NCBI GenBank assembly: GCA_040954595.2 | Contig: CM082593.2 | Coordinates: 3,985,434 to 4,049,433, forward strand | DNA from: Balanoglossus misakiensis | Lineage: Eukaryota; Animalia; Hemichordata | Direction of reading: 5' to 3' | Length of the DNA: 64,000 nt | Shown: positions 39,152 to 50,000 of the stretch, in pieces | Layout of the letters: each line of letters begins with the position of its first letter | Numbering within the stretch: the first letter of the stretch is position 1 | Notes under the pieces: model-generated | Database searches by the model: none | Told to the model about the DNA's origin: nothing | What the model saw: only the letters and a program-made list of their open reading frames with translations | Position numbers and translations under genes: made by a program

Positions 39152-40757
39152 CGTACGGACAGATTGACCCTCCCTTAATAACGCGATTGACCTTTGGACC
39201 AGTACAACATTTCCATGGCCTGCCGCTGACGCCGCTCTTCAAATCGTCCTTGAGAAAATGCGTTTTAATGATTACTCAGCGTTTTTCTGTCCAATTGACA
39301 ATCACAGTACGTCTTCTTGTGTTTTGATTTTGACCTGAAGGGTCCATCCCGTTACACTGACCGACATACACCAGTAGACTAAAGGTTATCACCGTGACCG
39401 ATTTTCATTGACCAGTGATAAAATATGTATAAAAATGTACAATCATTGTGATGAGGCTGCATTCTATTACAAAAGCTATTTCGAGTCCTGGGGTTTGTGT
39501 GTTGATCTGGGCAGTGGGTGCGTGCAATGGTCCGGTGCAATCTGAGGGGGGGGGGGGGGGGGAGGTCCAGATATTGAAACCACCAGGCCCCTCCTCTTAA
39601 TTTTGTCCAGGCTCTAAGCATCACCCCAAGCTTAATTTTGGCCAAATTTATTTTAACATGGGCGAGTCTACGAATAGTTTCTGTTAGCTCTGGGGGCTTG
39701 TAGCATGGATATTGTTTGAGTGGAGAGAAAAAAACGTTATGTAACAGGGTTTACTGAACTTTGGGGACAAAAGTTACGTGGTTTAAATTAGCCACAAGCA
39801 GACAATAGCACACATTCTTAGCGTGAATTGATCTTTTGTGCAATTTGCACATCTGCATATACCGGTAGATACCAGCTAAAATTATAATTCTGGAAGATTG
39901 GCACCTGACATGGTTGTACATTGTATAGTCTCTAAGAGACGGTGGTCTTTCTTTGATCAAGTAAACAATATGAATGTTCTCATAATTAAGTTTACATATA
40001 GTGGAACTGTCAAGGGCCCAGTACTGTCGGCGCTCAATATACGTACAGTATAGGTGACGCGAGTTAAATGTATTTTGTATACACTAGACGGGATTCTTGA
40101 ACGCTATGTAAATAGTGCATGGCTTATCAGATGATCATATCGTGTTGTTGTTGTGTGTTTTTTTCAATTATCGCCTAACAAACATAACGGGAGAATAGAG
40201 TAATCCAGATTTTATTATGTAGAAGTATAACCACAGGTACAAGAGAAAAAAAGTTCTAGTCTGTAGCGAGGCATGATACGCTCACCCTAAATACTCGCCT
40301 GCGGCTCGTGCACAAACGTCGTGAAGTGTGCTATACATGTACGACGGTCGTTAACCTTTGTTCAAATCAAGTATCGGTAAAGCAAACAAAGAACACCAAA
40401 GCGATTATGCATGCAGTTTCTGTTTATCGAGTTGTGGTTTTTACACGTACGCATACCTGAACGTACACTCACCGCAAGATGGCGCTATGACATCCACTGG
40501 GCCAATATACTAGTATACACATGGAGAGGAGGTATTTTGTACAATGTACATAAAAAACTCAAAAAAGGTATGAAGAGCCTTGGGGACCCCCGGTAACTTC
40601 TTTCAATACATGGGAAAGATCCATAGAGAAATTAGAGGAATGGATATGCTCAAATATTTACGGACATCGGCTCCCGACGCCGTCATCTTCAATGCCGGTA
40701 ACAACCAAACTTTTTGCCGGCACCTCTACTCAATCTACCGACGCAGACAAAATCAGA

Positions 40758-40769
40758 ACCACCACCACC

Positions 40770-40802
<33 letters not shown>

Positions 40803-40855
40803 GTCGTCGTCGTCGTCGTCGTCATCATCATCATCATCATCATCATCATCACCAC
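40758..40855. repeat. Compound trinucleotide repeat (CAC)n(CAT)n(CGT)n(CAT)n
   Basis: Visible run about 200 bp upstream of the transporter ATG. Confidence 0.95.
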
Positions 40856-41064
40856 TACATCCAACCAGAGAAAGCAAGTCTTCCAATCACATGCATGCCC
40901 CGTCATACATGATGTATCTGAATTATTCATATGATTGTTCACAATTGATTTCCACCCTAATAAGTCATATTGATGAAAAAACGTCGTGCGAGGCGTAGTT
41001 CGTGTAATTAAGTCTTCGGTGCTGGCATTTGCCATAAGTTTATTTGTTGCGCCTTGGTGTTGGC

Positions 41065-42168
41065 ATGGACCAACCTTATAACCTAGTTCACGTCTGGCAC
41101 GAGTATGACTCGGCGGACGACGACGACCTGTTCACCTGGAACACACACCCGGCTGAGAAGGGAAAATCTCGCGGGTCTCTTCTCAACTACATCCACTCAG
41201 CGCTCGGCGTATCGTTAGCCCTGCTCAGCGGGATATCGTACGCCGTCGGCGCCGTCTTCTTCGTGTTCGCCGAGCGGGCGGGCGTGACACAGTACCAGGT
41301 GAAGTTCTTCACTGGCGTGGTGGGAGCGACGACGGTGTTGCCGTGCGTACTGTACAAACGCGTCGACCTGCGGCTGGAGACGTGGAAAGACCGCGCGGCT
41401 CTGGTCGGCAACGGAGCCGTGGGTGCCGTCGCCTCCATAGCCCTTCTGTACGCGCTGCCCATGGCACCCCTTGGAAACATCAACGCAATTATACAGGGTA
41501 CCTTGTCCATAGTAACGGCCGTGCTGGCGTGCCTGTGCCTTCAAGAATTTTGTCGCGCCGCCGAAGTGATGGCGTTCCTTCTCAACGTTGTGGGCATCTT
41601 GCTCATCACCAGACCGGAGTTCCTGGCCCCGGCGCATATTGCCCCGAGCAGCAGTGAAACCACGGCCTACATGCTCACTTTGGTCTCCGTGTTCGGCATC
41701 TCGGCAGGGTACGTCATCGGACGGGCCGTTCGTGGACGGGTAAACGTGTACGCAATCATGTTCTACAACAGCGTTGTCGGGGCAGCCGCGAACTGCGTCC
41801 TGATGTTCTTCGTCGGTCAAGCCAAATGGGACTTGCACGGGAACGTCATATGGTATCTCTTCGGCATCTGCGCCAGCACCCTGTTCAGTACATGGACACG
41901 CTACAAGAGTCTGCAACTGGAGAAGGCGTCCACCGTCGTTCTCCTCTCGAACATACAGCTCGTGGTGTCCTATCTCGCCGACTTGTTCATTTTTAAATAC
42001 ACGTTAACGCCGTTTGACTTTTGCGGCGCCGGTGTCGTTGTGCTCGGCTCCGTTGTCGTTGCCATATCCAGTTACAGAAACAACTTGAACAGCGACAGCA
42101 AAAAACAGTCCAAGGGGGACGGGCTGACGCCAGAAGAAATTGTATCGCTCCGTGAAGATGAAGAATGA
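41065..42168 (+). CDS. SLC35G1-like (EamA/DMT family) multi-pass transporter, single coding exon, 367 aa
   Basis: Long GC-rich ORF from ATG 41065 with about 10 hydrophobic segments in two EamA-like halves; PLGN, GILLITRPEFL and SLQLEKASTVVL resemble SLC35G family motifs. Confidence 0.85.
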   Translation: MDQPYNLVHVWHEYDSADDDDLFTWNTHPAEKGKSRGSLLNYIHSALGVSLALLSGISYAVGAVFFVFAERAGVTQYQVKFFTGVVGATTVLPCVLYKRVDLRLETWKDRAALVGNGAVGAVASIALLYALPMAPLGNINAIIQGTLSIVTAVLACLCLQEFCRAAEVMAFLLNVVGILLITRPEFLAPAHIAPSSSETTAYMLTLVSVFGISAGYVIGRAVRGRVNVYAIMFYNSVVGAAANCVLMFFVGQAKWDLHGNVIWYLFGICASTLFSTWTRYKSLQLEKASTVVLLSNIQLVVSYLADLFIFKYTLTPFDFCGAGVVVLGSVVVAISSYRNNLNSDSKKQSKGDGLTPEEIVSLREDEE

Positions 42169-42465
42169 GTCCCGGATAAACCAAGACAACACGTACGGAA
42201 GACATAACGTACAGTTGGGATGCGCCCAGTAGAAGACAAAAATTGAAGCATGCAATCAAACGAGTAACTTTTAAGCAGACGGTCTTTCGCTTTGAAAGGG
42301 AACCCTATAACACAACAGAAGTGCTGCTTCAATTTCCCCTATTCTGTATTTCAATCGTTTCTATGTTTTCCTGTAAGTTAGTTTTTCATTTACCTGTACA
42401 CCTATTTATTTTACTTATTTGTACTCGCTTATAGTGAGTAAAGATAAATATAAAAGCATGGTAAA

Positions 42466-42471
42466 AATAAA
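42466..42471 (+). terminator. Candidate polyadenylation signal of the SLC35G-like gene
   Basis: AATAAA about 300 nt after the stop codon. Confidence 0.5.
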
Positions 42472-45400
42472 ATATAACCTCAGACTGATCAGTTTCGCTC
42501 TCACATGGTATCATGCCCACCTATTTTTAAAATATGGCCAAATTCACTAAAACTTTTTTATGTTTGTGTGACCTTGTCATGATTTGTTGCGCTGCGGATT
42601 TTTGTTGGCAGTGAGGGACGTTGTCCATATGCTACATGATGGATCTGCATTGGTGTTTGAGAACGGTCCCTTCACAGCGGGACTATGGTCTGAGTATTGG
42701 AAATTTCCACCAAAATAAGTTTGCTCCGACATAGTGTTCTTCTCCAGGGTCTGTAATGTCCAGCTCCGGGTGGCCTGTTTACCTGCACGCCCCGTGCTTG
42801 AATTAGGCCATTTCCAATCTTTACAGCGCCTCGTTCTCTGGCCGAATGTCTAAATTATTCAGGCTTTCTAAAAACACAACCCGGAAAAGAAAGAAAATGA
42901 AACATTCATTCATTTGAAGTCAGAAATGTCTCGCGGGCTTTTGTTTATCAATAATTCAATTTATAGAACAATTTTTAAAAATACGTGCGTTTGCGAGCGT
43001 ACCTTGAGGAAGTCTTAGCAATGAGAAGTGCTGAATATTTTACATTCCCCCAACCTGGTAACGGTGAATAATTTATGTAGCCATGCGCAGTACGTCTAAA
43101 GAATCCAAATGTTCAACGCGGAACTTTTCACTATTTCAGCTGAGCTGTTACCGCTATCATAGTCTCAGAGTGTCTAGCCGCGTGTGTTGTCTTTGCTTTC
43201 AAAAATCAGCATCTCGCTTTATGCATGCCACTGGCCGAATAATATCTGATGCCCATGGCTGGGAATTTGATGCAACTAGCGCCCCTTGAAGTCTGTGACA
43301 TAATCTGAACAATGATTTGGTGAAGGATTATAGTGAAAATGTTACCCACATCTCCATCGCTCAACGTTCGACCTTTGACGTCACTTGAGAGATAATGTCT
43401 GCATAATATTGAGTTGTTTGTGTTCACCGACATCAGAGGTGAAGAAGTGCGTGTAACTAGGAATTCATAAGAAGGCATTCTACATTGGAGAATGGGAGAA
43501 GGGGTTTTCTTAAAATCCTCAGAGATTTCTTTTTTTTTAATGTGTACTTCACATGCATAATAGGGGTGATTACGTATATTTTGAAATTACCGAACAAAAT
43601 TCTTTCAAATTGACCAATATCTGAATTTGAATATGTTCTCCAATTTCTTCCCCGTAGGTAGATGCATTTCACTCAAATATGAACAGAGAAAGAAGCTTTT
43701 ACAATTGCAGGTTGGGAGAATCAATTTTCAAGCTTGAGGCGAAAACTCATTCTAGCCCACCCACACGCGTATACTGAAATGATATCATATACCATCTGTC
43801 TTGCGAATCCAAGCCGGCACTAAGTCGTGTAGTTAAATTTACGTCCCGTAAATGGCGGAAATATTCCGTGTCTGTATACACAGATTATCGCCTAGGATGT
43901 GAATGCTCTGCTTTGATAGACACACCGCACATCTATGCGTTTGGTTGTATACAAAGATCGATGGCTTTGATAAATCCAACCCCGCAGGTACAAAGTGTTA
44001 AGGTGAAAGTCTTAAGTTCAATATATTTGGAAGACCTGACTTTTTACAAGGTAAATACAAATTGCCGAACAGAATCATGAGCGGTTGCGACGACGAGATC
44101 TGTTGTCAAATCCATGTTTTTTGGGGCCGTATCTGTAAAACTGTCACCATGCGTTCAACTGAATATACAGCATGGTTCTACAGACAGGGAGAACATTTCA
44201 GCATCTCACCACGGGGAGGTATCGCGTATTTTAACGTGGATGCCATATGCAAAAGTCATCCAGCCAATAGCAACTGGAAGCCCCCTAGCATATGTTCCTC
44301 GTATTGATATCGACGTGGAGTTTTATTGCATTTATAAAATAATACTCAGTCTGACGCTAATCACTGTACATTCCCCAAAGCCCCAGTAGTTTTCCATCAT
44401 TTAACCGATAAAATACTTATCCTTAGTCGAGAAATGAAACTATGCCACTATAATTGCGTACTTATGCAATTGGCAATTAAATAAACGGTGCGGAACCCAT
44501 GTATTATTTAACTTGTTCATATTTAAACATATAACCACGACGAGAGGTTGGTGATATGTTTGTGAATACACATCAGTTAACTGACTTAAATGGACAATTT
44601 TAAGTTTGAAAAATAAAATCATGCAAATAATTTTTAAAAATTTGTAGGTATTGGGGCTTTAATTTATGACCATAACACCGGTCATCACCCCAGATGTCCC
44701 ATTTACGGTGCATCGTTTAGCGTGCGCAGTTTAACTACAGATATGGCGTTTGCATTTGGTGTGTTATCAATCATTCTCTGAAGAAGACGAGCTTATGATG
44801 GCCTCTACTGTCTGTATAGCAGTTGGCTGCAACTGAACTTTGTAATTTTATGTGGATTCTAACGCTGGTTATCACTCGCTACGCTCCAAATACAGTGCAC
44901 TGCGCTGACGTCATGTCGCCTCCTTCCTTGGGGGAAAATGATCGACAGTCGCACGTATGTCGCGTAAGAGTAAACATGTAGCTAACACATGAAATATACT
45001 GTTCATTTAAATTTGTAATTTGCTGGTGAATTGCATTGCAATTTTCGTTCTCCCGTATCTTAGTATGACACAAGTGTTGACGGTTAGCTAATTGCTGTGC
45101 TTCATGTGTTATTCCTGATATTCTGATACTTTTTTTATGCCAGATGCTCAAAAAAATACCTTTAGTCATTTTCGGTTTTAAGAGAAATGAGTGCGAGATG
45201 CCTGGTTAGCATTAATTCCCCAATAAACCAGATAAATATCCAAGGCTAATAAGTGTAGACACCATTTCAGCGGGGCCAGCTGCGTCCAGGTGATTTAACG
45301 CCTTGCTGGAGATAATCCCCAATGTAAGATGTTATAAAATAGTTTAAATTGCATCGAATTCTCCTGAAACACTGATGTTTAGCCTTGCGTGCCCTCTATC

Positions 45401-46381
45401 CCGGAATTCAGCATTCCGGGAATTTTAGAATTTTCCCTTCCCTAGTTCTAGATTTTGAGGATATCATCCCCAATAAATATCTTTTTAAAAGAAAGATTGT
45501 GATCGTTAATTGAAACGCTCTTGAAATTTGACATCAGTGAATATGACATTTTAATGTGTTTTTTTTTTTATAATTGCTAACGTCTCTGATGGTATATATC
45601 ACTAGATTTGAAATATGCTAATAGTGTAAAATAATCGTGATAATCTGTTCCAGTTTTCAAAGGTGTCTCTTCGAATATAACTGTGAAGTATCTCGATTGT
45701 GGCGAAAGAGTGCGCCCTCCCCCGATACAAGATTCTTCACTAACGTTTGTATTGGGATAAATGTATGTATTACCTAACCTATTTACAAATATTACCGCCC
45801 TCCCCCGCACAAATGGTCTATAAGTTTACAGTTTGTGAAAGAGGATTGCTATATGTCTAGTGTTATGAATGAACCCTTGAAACATGTGAAAAGAGTGGTT
45901 AAAATTAAGCATTCGGTTGAATGTAGGCCTAGACTTGTGAGATACGGGCGGACCATGCATCTCCTGGCACCAAGACTAAAACATTAGCTTACCATTCTCA
46001 CAAACCTCGAGGGTTTTGAACAGATGTTAGGATGTACGTCAAACAGTTGTTAACTTAGAAAATAGACCTGTTGACAATGCAACACTGTTATCTTAATAAC
46101 TAAAATTGGATCATTTCTATTTCAAGTTTCAATATGACTTTCATGTTGTACTTGGAACTTTCAATTTGAACGGACCATTGATTTTGAAATCTTTTTTTCC
46201 CGTACTAGCTTAAGCTTGAAGCTGTATTTCACAATACAACTTTTTATCAGACCAATTCATTGTAAGAGGAATACGCCATGACAATGAACAAATTATGCAT
46301 CTTCGTGACCGCAGGGATAAACAAGCTGAAGCCAGCTGCAGCTCTGACGCACCCGTCATCTGTATCCAAGGTGAGACGCGC

Positions 46382-46424
46382 TGCGCATGCTCAGATTTAT
46401 TGTCGAATCTAAAATATGGCGGCC
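46382..46424 (+). promoter_or_regulatory. Housekeeping-type promoter with NRF1-like and YY1-like motifs
   Basis: TGCGCATGCTCA (46382) and AAATATGGCGGCC (46412) in CpG-rich sequence; GC box GGGGCGGGGC at 46661. Confidence 0.65.
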
Positions 46425-47064
46425 TCAGGTAGAAAAGTTTATCTGCATGCTGTCAGGCGTGTGAATCACACTGCGGTGGTTGGCTGAGCGTCTTCTACCG
46501 GATATCCACAATTTTCAGATGCCCTCCACAATGACAGCCACTCCTTCATTGAAAGGTAAGCCGAAAGCTGGATGCAGAAGCTGGGGTCTTCGTGACTGTC
46601 GTCTGTCGCGTTGTCTACGTTACAGTGGACGCTTACAATAGTACCGTTATATGGAAAAGAGGGGCGGGGCTGTGCGGGAAGAGATGTTTTTATTACGCCG
46701 TGTCTAAACAGGCGGAAAAGGCCTGATTTGCCAGCCTGGCACGTGTTGTCGTGATCTTTTCATTATAATATTATGCCGTGGTTCACTTATTTTTGCAAAA
46801 ACAGCGGAGTACAGATGATAACATCGGCTGCAAGTGTGATGTAATGATGCTGATGTTGACATGTTGATTTCACAGTAAGTTTCAGATCCTCGATAACCTG
46901 TAACGGGCCCGTATAACCTCGCCACAGTTTTTCTCCGAGGGCATATACCCGTAGAGGCTTCGTGTTGTCAAGGACATTTGCAGTTACAAAGGATACTAAG
47001 CGAAGCGAGTTCTGAATCGACCATAAACGTTGGCAATAAAACATGAACTCTTCGTTTCAGAACG

Positions 47065-50000
47065 ATGGCCAGTATAAAGCTCAAAGCCTTTCGAAGCTTG
47101 AGTCTCAGAAGCAGTGCTTCCCCACCAGCCGTGAAGGAAGACACGAACGGTACAGAACAGTCCACGAATATATTCGGAATTCAGCTTGAGGTAAAAAGAC
47201 AACAACACTTTTTAGCATTTGATCGATTATTTCCGTTACGCGTAAATTGAAGAACAACAATAGCAGCATCGATTTACGACCAACGTGTTTTGTTTTCTCT
47301 GTGTCTTGTACATAAAAAATCCTTTACATGTAATTATTTCTTCTGAGTAGGAGGCGTAAACTGTCAGTTTATGGGGGTGTTGCTCGTGTTGTACAATTCG
47401 CTACCAGGTTTACGTCCCAAAGTCTGTCTGTCTTTGGAGAAAAAATGTAAAAAACAGGAGATTGTCTTGGATATTTAGAGCTTTCTTATATGAACAAAAT
47501 GATTGGTAAATTTATAAATTTTGATTGATGTGGCTGTACCATGATGTGTCACCCTGTAGCTGACTACTTCATCAGCTGTTACAATGTTTTGTCAAGCTGT
47601 GAAGAGCTGTAACTAACAGTACCAACTTTGCCCAGCAGTTTGTTTACATGCATGCTTAGGAGTCTGGCACCAAGCAAACGCAATGATAGAAAATGTTTCT
47701 GTAGCAAAAGAAATTTCTGGTGATACTAATATAGGTATTTTGTACACAGAGTGACCAACCACCTGTTGATTGAGATTCTTACAGAACCACTTAGACTCTT
47801 GACAAAAAAATAGTGGCATATTTGAACTAGTATCAAATATTCTCACAGAACTTAGATTTTATGACTATAACCATTATCCTGTGTTAGCCAGAACATTTTA
47901 CTTTGAGCATACACACCTGTTAGCCCTCTGATAGGGACATGTGATGTATTTCTTGCATCACCATTGTGTTTGTTGTGTCAATAGCACGTCATTTCAGTTT
48001 CGAGGACATAAAATACGCTGCAAACTTCGAACGTGAGGAAGTGAATGACTGACCCACATGATATGTGATTTCTCTCCCTGACTGAAACCTGGTAGAAGTA
48101 CTAAACCATTCCAACAGCACAATTGAAAGTATTGACAATGTCAGGCCCTTCCCTTTGTAGTTCTGTGTGACTCTTCAAATTCTTCACACCCTCGCAGTTC
48201 ATTCACTCAATGCATCAGTTGTATTCTGTTCTTGTGCTTGACCCACTTGTTGGCATTGATTCGATCACCAGAGACAAGATGCTTTTGAGTTTGTAGAAAT
48301 CATGGGTATTTTATGAGTTAAAACTAATAAAAGAGCGTTACAGCGTACAGTCGTAAAAATTAATGCATATACCATATGCGAATCTTGGAGAAGATGGGGA
48401 CCCTTTAAACTGTGAATCAAGCCAGTCAGTGGCCGATTTGTAAAAAATGCTAACAGGCCTGCCAAGCAAGTGGTCATTCTGAATGTCTGTGTTGATAACA
48501 GTTGAACACTGATCAGATTTTATTCCCTGGAGACCATGGATAATCTTGTATTTGTTTGAGTCTTGATTACACTAATTGACCACCTTTCAAGAGAGAACAC
48601 TTTTGATATAGTTAGCCCTCCCAGTGGGGTCTTAATTAAGTGCAATTAAGAATGTAAATAACTTACTTGCATGCTAACCACTATCGGCCAGATTACACTT
48701 AAAATCTCCAGGCTTGATTTTTTTTACCCATTAAGAGCATCCCATTAATGTTTTAAAAGGCCTCTGCAAAGGCGTTAGAGTTGCTCAATCTTAAATTGTT
48801 GTATTGGTCATCAGAATAGGTACTAAACACCGATAATGTTGATCGGAGTAAAACCAAGATTATAACACAGATGGTAGGTCGTGAAGTGTTCATATCTAGC
48901 CATCAGAATGGGTCATAAATGTCCGTAATGGCTCTTAGAATGTGCCATTACCTATCCGCAATCTTGGACTTACGCCATGTGGACTAACAGTGAAATGTTT
49001 AGTCTAGTCCCTCATGAAAGAATACTTATCGATTGCAGTGAATTATATTGAGGAATTCCCTATTGTGAGAGAGTCATGTAGGTTTATTTCCAAGCTTTGT
49101 ATTCAAAAGCATAAGTGCCAACAGTTGCACACTGCGGTCCCGAGCATTCTTTAAGACTCAGTCGTGAGTTCAGTGTGTACGCTTTAATTAACCTATCCCA
49201 GTTGCATTGAGATCTGTTCAGTCGTTCAGGTTTCAATGCAGGCGTACATCGATCAGTGGCATAGTGGAGAAGTCACGCATGCTTTGACCACTTGGCCCTC
49301 TCATTCAGTCCGCATTACTCCAGTCATTTGTGAATTGCATTGAGAAGATGGTATGTGTGTCTCCAAGAACTCTCCGTTTCGAACCATTGGAATGTGTGAC
49401 CTACCTTTTTCTGTGCAACCCTGGATTTGGCTACCAGGGTTTATTTATACATCAGCTAATCAAGCATTTAAAACTGGAATGAGAATTATTTAATATTAAA
49501 ACTGGCGGCAATTAATTATTTTATGAATTTACCCCTATAATAGTTGTACTGCTTTGTTGGGGTCTTACAGCAGTCCACAGGTGGTACGGACAATCAGTGC
49601 GTTATAGTTCTTGGGGATATACTTATTGTGGGCTTTGTGTTTCAAAGTGTTGAAAATCTTGACAAGTCGTCGAGCGTAACTCGCGCACACACTGAGAACA
49701 CGTTTGACAGCGGTACTCAGGCTTTTGTTTGAGTATTCTTTGCATTGCTGCTCAGCTATGCAACCCGGAGGCTGCCCTGAGAAGTGGCTGTAGTTTTGAG
49801 CAATGCAGGCATTCTGTCACTGAAAGGCGTTTAGTGTGTGCCAGATAAGTGGAGTACTTGGGGGTAATTGTGGACATTGTCGGCTGCAGTCTTTCAGCTC
49901 ACAATGCGAGAATTGTTGCAGGAAATCAAAGTATTTTATTAAACCACATGTTATTTATAGAAGTTATGATTAATAACATGTACAGTATTGCGTAGCATCT

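Noticed and set aside
40580-41035. Poly-His, poly-Asp and poly-Ser ORFs in six frames
   Set aside because: They result from the stop-free trinucleotide repeat.
41187-41916. Long antisense ORFs over the transporter
   Set aside because: Shadow ORFs typical of GC-rich coding sequence.
48800-48965. Repeated catcagaat…taatg units, superficially array-like
   Set aside because: Few, diverged copies without unique spacers; a decayed minisatellite, not a CRISPR array.
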